From positions 1 through 64,000 of the forward strand of contig JBILLK010000004.1 in assembly GCA_044376115.1 (NCBI GenBank): 64,000 nucleotides of DNA, given 5' to 3'. Origin of the DNA: Polyangiaceae bacterium. GTDB taxonomy: Bacteria; Myxococcota_A; Polyangia; Polyangiales; Polyangiaceae. A program made the position numbers and the translations under genes. This document shows, one piece after another, positions 9,053 through 17,804 of the stretch; the first letter of the stretch is position 1; every line of letters begins with the position of its first letter. Below the pieces are notes generated by a model, which did no database searches, was not told the DNA's origin, and saw only the letters and a program-made list of their open reading frames with translations.

Positions 9053-10489
9053 TCAGAAGCCGGAGAAGTCCATCGCAGCGTCGTTGGTTTCAAGCGACAT
9101 TTTGCGCTTCGCCGCCGGGCGCGCGGCCGCGGGCGCTTGAGCCGCACTCGCTCCGGCGCTGCGCGTGCTGGCGACACGCTCGGCCGACTTCTGGAAGCGA
9201 ACTTTCTCCTCCTTGCTTGCTGCGTTGGAGGCCAACTGGCGCAGGCTCTCCTCGGCCTCGGCCAGGCGTTTGTCCGCGGCGCTGAAGTCGTCTTGGTCGA
9301 ACGCAACCGAGGCCGCCCTCGTCGACTCGGAGGCCAGCAACATCGCCATCACCCCTTGGGCTCGGCCGTTCTTTCGTGCCGCAAACACGTTCGAGTCGGA
9401 AGTGATCTCGTAGCGTGCGACCGTCTCCTGCACGCGCTCGAGGTTTCCGTCGTTCGGATCGCTGAAAACGAGCCGCACGCTCGCGAGCGACGCGCTGCCC
9501 TCGAGCGGGGCGTTGAAGTTGGCTCGCACGACGAACTCTCGATGTTGCCCCGCGAACATCGAGCCGAGCGGAATTTCAAAGCTACCGTTCGGCCCAGAGA
9601 CGAAGCGCGCACCGGATACCGACGTCAATTGCACGCCCGGCGCCGGTACGATGGCGACGCGCGCGCCGCTCGCACGAGTCGACTTCAGCAGCGCCAGCTC
9701 GGATTCCACGACCTCCCCGAGGCCAGAGCTTTCGGTGACGTGATAGAGCCTGCCGCTCGAACGCAGCGCCAGTTGGTTGAGCGCGTTCTCGTTGTAGTCG
9801 AGCCCAACGCCGATGGACGTGACCTGCACGCCGCGATCTGCTGCGCGTTCACCGAGCATGCCGATCATCTCGGTGGAGGTCGTGCCAACCGTGGCGTTGC
9901 CGTCAGAAAGCAATACCACCCGGCGAACCGAATGCGTCGACGGGCTGCTCATCGCGGCGAAGCCCGCTGCTCGAACGCCTTCAAAGAGGTTGGTTCCGCC
10001 GACCGCCGCAAGCTCTGCGATGACGCCAGCGATTCGTTGTCGGGTGTGCGCGTCGAGCCGGGTTGGCGCGACGCGCTCGCGGACCTCGTCGCTGAAGGTA
10101 TGCAGCGAAACGATGTCGCCGTCGCGCATGTTGTTGACCAAACGCGTTGCAGCCTCACGGGCATGCTGGATCTTGTTGCCCTGCGCCATCGAGCCGCTGG
10201 TATCGATGACCAACGCCACAGCAGCGGGGGCCTGCTTCGCCGCCAAAGCGCTGGGCACATCGACCCAAACCGCCAAGAAGGACTCCTGTGCGCCCGGCAG
10301 GAAGGCGTCATTGGCGGTCGCCGCTCCTACCCATAGGGCGTTCGGGTTCGTAGGCTCAGGCTGCGCAACTACGGCAGGTGAGTCTTGAGCTGCCACCAGC
10401 TCGCGAGGCGGCGTTTCGGGGGTAGAAGCGAGCGGGACTTGTTGCGAGCAGCCGACCACTGCGAGCGTGAGGGCGAAGAAACGACGCAT
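9053..10489 (-). CDS. VWA-domain lipoprotein
   Basis: GGAGG RBS, lipobox VVGC, MIDAS DTSGSM, GGTNL, LLSDG. Confidence 0.88.
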   Translation of the reverse strand: MRRFFALTLAVVGCSQQVPLASTPETPPRELVAAQDSPAVVAQPEPTNPNALWVGAATANDAFLPGAQESFLAVWVDVPSALAAKQAPAAVALVIDTSGSMAQGNKIQHAREAATRLVNNMRDGDIVSLHTFSDEVRERVAPTRLDAHTRQRIAGVIAELAAVGGTNLFEGVRAAGFAAMSSPSTHSVRRVVLLSDGNATVGTTSTEMIGMLGERAADRGVQVTSIGVGLDYNENALNQLALRSSGRLYHVTESSGLGEVVESELALLKSTRASGARVAIVPAPGVQLTSVSGARFVSGPNGSFEIPLGSMFAGQHREFVVRANFNAPLEGSASLASVRLVFSDPNDGNLERVQETVARYEITSDSNVFAARKNGRAQGVMAMLLASESTRAASVAFDQDDFSAADKRLAEAEESLRQLASNAASKEEKVRFQKSAERVASTRSAGASAAQAPAAARPAAKRKMSLETNDAAMDFSGF

Positions 10490-10652
10490 GAATCCTCCGT
10501 ACTTGTGAACTGAACTGAGGCGAACCACGCTCTTGTGGAAGCCGTGCGGCGCTGGGCTACCCAGGCCGAGTCGGAAGCTAGTGACCACCAGCACGAGTTT
10601 TGTGACGGCCAAGATCTTGGCCGACTGCACTTGCACGAGACATAGTCAAAAA

Positions 10653-11270
10653 ATGCTCCGCAGCTCAGGTTTCGCGCCGCTTGGATTGCTCGCCTTCAGT
10701 TCGATTTTGTTGGTTGCTTGCAGCAATCCCGAAGCGAAGACGCCGGTCGCGCCGAAGGCCTCAGCCAGTGCCTCCGAGCCCGCCGTGGCCGCTGCGGCGC
10801 CGCTTCCTCCCGGAACGGTACGACGCGCCGACGTCGACAAGTTCCTGATGCGCGGGCCAGGTTGGCTACTCGGGCGCGTGCAGATCGAAGAAGTGATCCG
10901 TCAGAACAAGTTCGTCGGTTGGCGCTTGGCGGCGTTCCCAGCCGAGTGGGACAACTCCGGGCTACAGCCGGGCGACGTGATCGTCGACGTCAACGGCGTA
11001 ATGCTCGAAAAGCCCGATGACCTTTGGTCCTCCTGGCTCGCTGTCGCGGAGGCCACCGAGGTCCGCATCGCCTTCGAGCGCGACGGTAAGCCTTCCTCCA
11101 CGGTGATCAGCATCCTCGGCGCACCCACGCCCGATACCCGCCGTCAGCTCGAGGCCGGGACGATGGAGACCCCAACCACCCGAGAGGCCTCCAGCAAGAG
11201 CGACAAGCGCTTCGAAACCAAGGTCATTGGCGGCGATAGCGGTGAACCGAACGACGTCAGCGAGTTCTGA
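10653..11270 (+). CDS. PDZ-domain lipoprotein (GspC-like PDZ)
   Basis: Lipobox LVAC; FVGWRL, GLQPGDVIVDVNG, FERDGK. Confidence 0.75.
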   Translation: MLRSSGFAPLGLLAFSSILLVACSNPEAKTPVAPKASASASEPAVAAAAPLPPGTVRRADVDKFLMRGPGWLLGRVQIEEVIRQNKFVGWRLAAFPAEWDNSGLQPGDVIVDVNGVMLEKPDDLWSSWLAVAEATEVRIAFERDGKPSSTVISILGAPTPDTRRQLEAGTMETPTTREASSKSDKRFETKVIGGDSGEPNDVSEF

Positions 11271-11275
11271 CGACG

Positions 11276-13312
11276 TCAGAAATCGAGCGTGAGTCCGGCC
11301 ACGATGGTGGAGGTGCCAACGTGCATTTGGTCCCCACCGAAGCCGTCGAGGATGGCGTTGAACCACTCGGCGAAAGCGTAGGCGTGACCGATACCGGTGG
11401 AGGTGCGCATCGCGCCAGCGCTGCGACCGTCTAGCCAATTCAACGCGAAGGCCAAGCCCAAGGCAGCGTGAAGACCGGTGGTCACGTCTTCGCCTGCGAT
11501 CTCCTCACCGCCTTCGGTCACCGAGCTCTGGCCCGCCGTTTTTCCCGCGGTCCAATAGGCGAAACCAAATCCGAACTTGCCGTAGGGCACGAACGGAACG
11601 CCGGTGCGTCGCATGAGCTCATCCGCCCGAAGCACCACTGAGGCGTGCATAGGCATGATGTCGAGGTTGGTCGAATCCTCCGAAAGACAGTCCTCGGTGC
11701 TGGTCTCGACGCAGCCGGAGATCTTCGCTTTGGTCGACGCGAAGGTGTAACCCCAACCAACACCACCCCCGAGCGTTCCGACGTAGGGAATGCGCAACGG
11801 CATCCAGTCGAACTCGAGCCCAAAGTAGAATTGCGGATCGTTGTCGAAGACCCGCTCGTAGGGCCCACCGCTTAGTCCAGGCTCGCTGTCCACCTGCGGC
11901 CAATACGGGCCGAAGCGAGTCTCGAAGGCGAACTGTGTATCGGCGGGCTCGGTGTGCGGACGCGAGCTCTGCCGCCAGTTGGTGTCGTCCAAGACCGAGG
12001 TCTGCGCTTGCGCAGGAAGGGCCAACGAAAGCACCGCCCCGACGGCCGCCAACGCGGTCGCGACCTTCACCTTCGACCCACCTGCCGCCTCGGCCCTCGA
12101 CCGAAGGCGTCGCCGAACAACCAACGCAATCGCCGAGAAGAGCGCGAACACGAAGCTGCCACTGAAGCTCCGGCTCGCAGTTGCACAGCCGCCGACGCAA
12201 CCGCCTTTGCCTCCCGCCGAACGGTACTCATCGAAGAAGTCGTCCACGTCCACCGGCGTCACGCACTCGATGGGGCTCAACACTCCGGGGTTCCCCAGTT
12301 CATCGACGCCAGCGAGCGCAACAGCGTAGGTTTGGCCGTTCGTAAGCCCAGAGATCGTGCCTTTGACGCCGGTGATCTTGTCGCCGCACCCATAGCCGGT
12401 GGGAGGCGGCTCGTCCGCTACCATCTCGCCTGCGTCGCAAGCGACGTTGCCGCTACCAGTCGAACCCCCTGAGCCTGCGGTTCCACCTGAGCCTGCGGTA
12501 CCACCTGAGCCTGCGGTACCACCTGAGCCTGCGGTACCACCCGAGCCTGCGGTGCCACCGGAGCCTGCGGTACCACCGGAGCCGCCCCCGCCGGTTAGGC
12601 CGCCTTGCGGTTCGGCATCGGCTGGGTCGGCTGGTCGCGGGTTGCAGTAGAGCTGGTAGCCGTCGGCGTCGGAGGTCGTCGTGGAGGCGAACTCCACCAC
12701 GACGGCGGAGTCTGCTGCAGTGAAGGTCAAGTCGGAGGGCGTGCCCGGCCCGAGCAGATCGACCTGCGTATCCGACCAAACGAAGTAGTCCGCCGCCTCG
12801 ACATTGGCGCCTTCATTGCGCACCAGCATGAAGTAGAGGACCGTTAAGTGCGGGCTCGAGTTGGAGCGGGAGTCGATGCAGTTGCTCACCGTCTCCACGG
12901 CTTCGGCGATCTCCCGCGCCGTGATCTCAACGTCGGCGGAGGCCTCGGGGTTCGTGATCGAGTCGATCACCAAGCGACAATCAGCGTCAGCGCCGCTGCG
13001 CTCCTCGGAAAGCGAACAATCGTCCCCTTCGCTCAGCCAGACCTGCAACGCCTGCACGCCATCCAGGGAGGAAGCTGTGTACGGAAAAGTGAAGAGTTCG
13101 TCGGCTTCGCAGTCAGCACGGCTCACGTGAAACGCGAAGGTTCCATCATGGCCCTCACCAGCTCGGTCAGGGGTGAGAATTTGGATGTTATCTCCAGCGT
13201 AGGCCTCTGAATTTAATCCAACAATCGCGCACACGCCGAAGGCGCCAAGGAGCCGAACAGCACAACGGGCCAGGCCCGACTTCTGGGGGAACGAACGCAT
13301 CGTCAACAACAT
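11276..13312 (-). CDS. FN3-like MYXO-CTERM surface protein fused to an outer-membrane beta-barrel (MXAN_2561/MXAN_2562-like)
   Basis: Signal peptide, GLTNGQTYAVALAGVDELGN, DDFFDEY..GG..C, TM plus RRR, second signal (PAQAQ), FETRFGPYWP, terminal LDF. Confidence 0.75.
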   Translation of the reverse strand: MLLTMRSFPQKSGLARCAVRLLGAFGVCAIVGLNSEAYAGDNIQILTPDRAGEGHDGTFAFHVSRADCEADELFTFPYTASSLDGVQALQVWLSEGDDCSLSEERSGADADCRLVIDSITNPEASADVEITAREIAEAVETVSNCIDSRSNSSPHLTVLYFMLVRNEGANVEAADYFVWSDTQVDLLGPGTPSDLTFTAADSAVVVEFASTTTSDADGYQLYCNPRPADPADAEPQGGLTGGGGSGGTAGSGGTAGSGGTAGSGGTAGSGGTAGSGGTAGSGGSTGSGNVACDAGEMVADEPPPTGYGCGDKITGVKGTISGLTNGQTYAVALAGVDELGNPGVLSPIECVTPVDVDDFFDEYRSAGGKGGCVGGCATASRSFSGSFVFALFSAIALVVRRRLRSRAEAAGGSKVKVATALAAVGAVLSLALPAQAQTSVLDDTNWRQSSRPHTEPADTQFAFETRFGPYWPQVDSEPGLSGGPYERVFDNDPQFYFGLEFDWMPLRIPYVGTLGGGVGWGYTFASTKAKISGCVETSTEDCLSEDSTNLDIMPMHASVVLRADELMRRTGVPFVPYGKFGFGFAYWTAGKTAGQSSVTEGGEEIAGEDVTTGLHAALGLAFALNWLDGRSAGAMRTSTGIGHAYAFAEWFNAILDGFGGDQMHVGTSTIVAGLTLDF
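12471..12583 (-). repeat. 18-bp coding tandem repeat (GSGGTA x6)
   Basis: GAGCCTGCGGTACCACC(T/C/G) repeated; Gly/Ser linker. Confidence 0.9.
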
Positions 13313-13436
13313 CAGGCATCCTCCGTGCCAACGGCTTCACTGCAACAAATCCGACCCGCAACCGCCTGAGAAGCCGCGCTAGTTGTCAGCTTGGCCAAGG
13401 CGACCGGCTTTCGCCTGACAAAAGGGCAGCGCAACA

Positions 13437-13814
13437 TCAACCGCGTCGTCGGCTGCTAACCGGGATCGTCGGGGTGCCAGCTTCAGTAACGATTTCAAGC
13501 GGTCCGCTGCCACGCACGGGGGTGCCACTCGAGAGTTGCCCGGCCAGCGCGAAGAAGCGCTTCCCTCCTTGCGGCAGAAGTTCAACCTCGCCGCTGGCGG
13601 CTTCCGCCGCGAGATCGAGCAAAAGCGCCTCGTGGGCAGCCAATTCAGCCTCGCTCAGATCGAGATCGAGCGCGAAGGAGATGCGTCGGTCATCCACCAC
13701 CCAGGCCTCAGGGTGGTCCAGGGCTACGTCAACAGCACAAGCTTCACACGCGCGGGCAAACACCAGCCGGGCGCTATCTCGATACACTAGCTCTGCAAAA
13801 CCGCGAACACGCAC
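13437..13814 (-). CDS. Hypothetical protein
   Basis: GGAG before GTG start, plausible globular composition, fills the intergenic gap. Confidence 0.5.
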   Translation of the reverse strand: MRVRGFAELVYRDSARLVFARACEACAVDVALDHPEAWVVDDRRISFALDLDLSEAELAAHEALLLDLAAEAASGEVELLPQGGKRFFALAGQLSSGTPVRGSGPLEIVTEAGTPTIPVSSRRRG

Positions 13815-13962
13815 GGCTCCACCTTACACCTCTCGAGCCAGCCCGTCACGGCGTCGAGTCCGTGCTCTCGAAGGCAGCAAGCCGCGAGAAGAGCGTACGC
13901 GAAGTTGTGACCCCCGCTTGTTGGGGATTGCGCCCAGAAACTGTCGAGCCATCATGAGGTTT

Positions 13963-15366
13963 ATGAGAAAGCTCCCCTTCTTCGCTCTCGCCGCCACCTT
14001 GAGCCTCTCCGCCATCTTTGGTTCAACCTCCGTCCGCGCCGACGAAGAGGAAGAGGAAGAGGACCAAACGACCGAGGAAGCTGCGGAAGACGAAGAGTAT
14101 GAAGACACCGACCCGAGCGCGGTCGTGGTGTTTCGTGACCGCCTTGCCCCCCATGGCAGCTGGGTGGATCACGGGGAGTTCGGCACCGTTTGGGTCCCCA
14201 ACTCGAGCGCCGTTGGGCCTGACTTTCAGCCCTACTCATCCGCTGGGCGCTGGGAGCTGACCGACGACGGGGATTGGCTTTGGGTTAGCGACTACGACTG
14301 GGGCTACATCCCGTTTCACTACGGTCGCTGGGTGTGGGCTGGGGAAGGCATTGGTTGGGCCTGGATTCCGGGACGACGGTACGCCCCCGCTTGGGTGACC
14401 TGGCGGGTCGGCGCTGATGGTTTCATCGGCTGGGCGCCACTCCCTCCCCGGTACTACTGGGTTGGCGGTAGCTACTTCTGGTTCTCTTCACCCTACCCGG
14501 CCGCGTTCATGTTCTGCCCAACGGCCAACGTCTTTCACCACCACGTACACACCGTCGTGATTCGCGATCGAGCATCGGTCGAGCGCGCCGCAGCCAGCAC
14601 GCATCGCCACGAAGCTCAACCGACCAACAAGGGCAACGGCCGTCACTCGGCTTCCCCTACCCTCGAACAAGCCGGCGTTCCGAAGAGCGGCGCACCGAAG
14701 AACATCGCGAAACATGACCCGCGCGCGATGGAGTTCGCGAAGAAGTCGGGCACCGCCAGTCGCGCCGCAGGCTCGCCCGCGCAGAAGTCGCTGGTGGCAA
14801 GCGAATCACGCGGGTCGAAGAGTTCGAGCTTCGTTTCACCCCGCGTACGCCAAGAAGAGGTGAAAACACGCGAGACGGCGGCGTCACGCGGGTCGTCTTC
14901 GTCTCGCTCGTCTTCGAGCCTTTCCGTGGGAGGCGAAGAGTCCGAAGGCCGATCGTCCAAGTCGAGCCGGAGGGCCGGCGGCGCTTCGCGCAGCTCAATC
15001 GAGTCAACCTCTCGCACGAGCAACGAAGTTGGGGAGACAACAGGAGCTCGCAGCGTAACGAAGAAGACGAGAGCCTCTCGCCCGAGCACCACCTCCGCGC
15101 CGCGAAACAGGGCGCCCAAGTCGAGCAGCGCAGGCCGCTCGAGTGCGCCGCCCTCGAGCAGCGCTGTGGAAAGCACCTCGGGCGAGCGTCGTTCGAGTCG
15201 CAGTAGGCCTAGTTCCAGCTCGAGCTCGGCCCCGAGTTCGAGTTCGAAGGCGGTAGCGCCGTCCAGAGTGAGCGCGCCCAAGAGCTCCGGCGGCTCTCGC
15301 AGCGGTGGCGGCTCTCGTAGTGGTGGCGGCTCCCGCAGCGGTGGCGGCTCTCGCGGCCGCCGATAA
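13963..15366 (+). CDS. DUF6600-like secreted protein with long Ser/Arg-rich disordered tail
   Basis: Signal peptide; LAPHGSWV..GTVWVP, WGYIPFHYGRW, WIPG..YAPAWV, GWAPLPP; tail ends in GGGSRS repeats. Confidence 0.8.
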   Translation: MRKLPFFALAATLSLSAIFGSTSVRADEEEEEEDQTTEEAAEDEEYEDTDPSAVVVFRDRLAPHGSWVDHGEFGTVWVPNSSAVGPDFQPYSSAGRWELTDDGDWLWVSDYDWGYIPFHYGRWVWAGEGIGWAWIPGRRYAPAWVTWRVGADGFIGWAPLPPRYYWVGGSYFWFSSPYPAAFMFCPTANVFHHHVHTVVIRDRASVERAAASTHRHEAQPTNKGNGRHSASPTLEQAGVPKSGAPKNIAKHDPRAMEFAKKSGTASRAAGSPAQKSLVASESRGSKSSSFVSPRVRQEEVKTRETAASRGSSSSRSSSSLSVGGEESEGRSSKSSRRAGGASRSSIESTSRTSNEVGETTGARSVTKKTRASRPSTTSAPRNRAPKSSSAGRSSAPPSSSAVESTSGERRSSRSRPSSSSSSAPSSSSKAVAPSRVSAPKSSGGSRSGGGSRSGGGSRSGGGSRGRR

Positions 15367-15426
15367 CGCTGGCCAAACTCTTGCAGAGTAATCTTTAAAC
15401 CAACCCTTAAGATCCGGAGACCGACG

Positions 15427-16053
15427 ATGAATCAGGTAAACGAGCGTGCGGAGACCAACAACGCTGCGGCAAATCTGCTGAAAGGCATGACCGCAACGTC
15501 TCGCCGAGTGTGGACCGGCGTTCTCACCTCGTGTGCCATCTTGGCAAGCGTCGCGGCTCCCGGATGCATCGTGGTTGACGACGACGACTATTACGATCCC
15601 AACGAAGAGGTGATCGTGGTCGACGACGATCCGGTGATTGTGTCGGTTCCCATCGACGCAGGGAGCGGGCTCTCCGCCGACCCTGGTGAGGGAGCAGGCG
15701 TGTTCGTAGAGTTCCTCGGCGACGGACAGTGGAACGTTTGGATGACGTGCGATACCGAGATCACCGGCCGCTCCTGCGCCTATGACATCTACGCGACCGC
15801 CAACGGCATCATCGCGACTGGCGAAGATGATCTCGAGGCGGATGACGGCTTGTTCGAGGACTTCAACAGCTTGCAGCTTTCAGCCGACACAACGGTGGAC
15901 TTCGACGGCATGCTGTTCTCGACCGATCCAGGCGCGCCCGTGGAGATTGAGGTTTGGCTCGACGGCCAGCTCGACGGCAGCCTTGTGTTTTGGGTTGCTG
16001 ACGGGACGATCCTGAAGGGCCTGCCGAGCAACCCGACGCTGTTCGTCCCCTGA
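15427..16053 (+). CDS. Acidic hypothetical lipoprotein
   Basis: GGAG RBS, APGC lipobox-like motif, DPGEGAGVFVE..G.W. Confidence 0.65.
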   Translation: MNQVNERAETNNAAANLLKGMTATSRRVWTGVLTSCAILASVAAPGCIVVDDDDYYDPNEEVIVVDDDPVIVSVPIDAGSGLSADPGEGAGVFVEFLGDGQWNVWMTCDTEITGRSCAYDIYATANGIIATGEDDLEADDGLFEDFNSLQLSADTTVDFDGMLFSTDPGAPVEIEVWLDGQLDGSLVFWVADGTILKGLPSNPTLFVP

Positions 16054-16074
16054 ACTCCGCAACGGGGTGAAGCT

Positions 16075-16110
16075 GAGCGGGCCTTGCTTCCAACGAAGCA
16101 AAGCCCGTTC
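16075..16110. terminator. Hairpin between convergent genes
   Basis: 16-bp stem GAGCGGGCCTTGCTTC / GAAGCAAAGCCCGTTC (one mismatch, one G-T), 4-nt loop. Confidence 0.65.
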
Positions 16111-16112
16111 TG

Positions 16113-17804
16113 TCATTTGGGCTTGGCCGGAGCGGCAGGTTTGGCCGGAGCTGCAGGCTTGGCGGGAGCTGCAGGCTTCGCTGGAGCTGCCGGCTTCGCT
16201 GGAGCTGCCGGCTTCGCTGGAGCTGCCGGCTTGGCAGGCGCATTGGGCTTCGCGGGCTCTGCTTTCGTTGCTCCCGGCAGCTCACCCTCGTTATTGAGCT
16301 CGACCGGCTCAAACGATCGCTTCTCCTGCTCGAAGGAGGCTTTGATCGTCTCCCGGTCTCCAACCATGACCACCGTCATCTTCGAGCTATCGAAGAAGGT
16401 TTTAGCGAGGTCCTGGAGTGAGTTCGCGTCGGCTGCTTGGCGGAGCTTGGTTGCGCTCGCGTCGTAGCCAGCTGGCAGGCCGAGCGAGGCGAGCTGGGCC
16501 AAGCGCGCGTTGGTGCTGGTGGAGCCTTCGAAGGTCTCGATCAAATCACGCTTGTCTTGCGCTTTGACCTTCAACAGCTCGTCGCTGGTGAGCCCGTTGG
16601 CAGCAATATCGTCGAGCGTCTTCACGATCTCGGCGTAGCCAGGCGCAGTGAAGGCCGCCTCGAGACTGGTGCGCACCGAGAACAAGCCTTGGCTGCGAGC
16701 GAGCCCGAAGCCCGACCCAACGCCGTAGGTCCAATTGAGCTCTTCACGCAGCTTGAGGTTCAAGCGCGAGGTGAAGGAGCCACCAACAGCGTCGTTGATC
16801 AGGGACAGCGGTGCGCCCTCGGAGGAGCTGGCGGCCACACCCGGTCCGGAGACCATGACAACGGTTTGCACGGCCCCAGGCCGATGAACCACGATCGCTT
16901 GGGGTCGGCTCGCCAGCAAGGTTGACGGTGGAGGAGCCGCGAGCGCCTCCCCCTTCGGCGTCCAACCCTGGAGGTTTTTGCCGAGCGCCGCCTCGAGCTC
17001 GGCGCGGCTGATTTGCCCGACGACCACGAGCGTCAGCCGGTCGGGGCGCCAAGCCTTCTCATAGGCTGACTTTAGGTCGCTCAACTCAACGGCGTCGGCT
17101 TTCGAGAAGAGCCCCGCGGAGGGATGACCGTAGGGCGAGTCGCCGCCGTACATCGTCCGGGCCATCACGGTCGCGGCCACCGCCATCGGGTCGTCGCTGC
17201 GTTTCTTGAGGTTGTTCTTCCACAACTTCTTCACGCGGGTGAAGTCCTCTTTGCTGAGCTTGGGCCGAGCCACGATGTCGCACAGGATCTCGAAGCTCGT
17301 ATCAAACTTGGTGCGCAAGCTGGTCAGCGACGCGGTGGTTCCGTCGAGCGTGGGCGCAACGCCGAACGATGCCCCGAGCGAAGCCAGCGTCTCGCTCAGC
17401 TCAAGGGCCGAGCGCTTACCGGCGCCCTCATCGAGCATGTCGGCGAGCAGCGACATCGTGCCGGGCTTGCCTTTGGGATCGCTCGCGGAGCCGTACGGGA
17501 TCACGAAGCTCGCCGAGACGACGGGTAACTCCGGTCGTTCGAGGTGCCAGACGGTGATCCCACCGGGCCCCTGAAACACCGTGACCGAGGGCGGAGTGAA
17601 GTCCTTCGCCGCAGCCAGCGTCGGCTTCTCACCGAGGGGATCGGGCGCGGGCGCCGCACTCTGCGAGGCCACCGGCTTGGCCGTGCTCGTTGGCACGTTG
17701 GCAACCGGGGGCGAGCCAGAGAGCCGAATCCCGAAGTCACAACCTGCGAGCAGCGTGAGGCCCGAAAGAGCTGCCTGCGTTCCGTAACGAAGTGCACGCT
17801 TCAC
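16113..17804 (-). CDS. M16B peptidase, non-catalytic subunit (lipoprotein)
   Basis: Lipobox LAGC, no HxxEH, SRLNLKLREELNWTYG (R/Y pair). Confidence 0.88.
   Translation of the reverse strand: MKRALRYGTQAALSGLTLLAGCDFGIRLSGSPPVANVPTSTAKPVASQSAAPAPDPLGEKPTLAAAKDFTPPSVTVFQGPGGITVWHLERPELPVVSASFVIPYGSASDPKGKPGTMSLLADMLDEGAGKRSALELSETLASLGASFGVAPTLDGTTASLTSLRTKFDTSFEILCDIVARPKLSKEDFTRVKKLWKNNLKKRSDDPMAVAATVMARTMYGGDSPYGHPSAGLFSKADAVELSDLKSAYEKAWRPDRLTLVVVGQISRAELEAALGKNLQGWTPKGEALAAPPPSTLLASRPQAIVVHRPGAVQTVVMVSGPGVAASSSEGAPLSLINDAVGGSFTSRLNLKLREELNWTYGVGSGFGLARSQGLFSVRTSLEAAFTAPGYAEIVKTLDDIAANGLTSDELLKVKAQDKRDLIETFEGSTSTNARLAQLASLGLPAGYDASATKLRQAADANSLQDLAKTFFDSSKMTVVMVGDRETIKASFEQEKRSFEPVELNNEGELPGATKAEPAKPNAPAKPAAPAKPAAPAKPAAPAKPAAPAKPAAPAKPAAPAKPK
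16122..16247 (-). repeat. 18-bp coding repeat PNAPAK plus PAAPAK x6
   Basis: Read directly at the C-terminus of the M16 subunit. Confidence 0.9.

Noticed and set aside
8855..10336. 493-aa plus-strand ORF, and similar long antisense ORFs (33444..35231, 55450..56499, 31137..32204, 61384..62457)
   Set aside because: Shadow ORFs opposite well-supported genes; expected at high GC and without recognisable motifs.
12471..12583. Gly/Ser/Thr tandem repeats as contingency loci
   Set aside because: Units are multiples of 3 and encode flexible linkers typical of myxobacterial surface proteins; no frameshifting potential.
13474..13962. N-terminal extension of the DUF6600-like ORF
   Set aside because: The signal peptide starts at about 13954-13963; the extension overlaps the minus-strand ORF 13437..13814.
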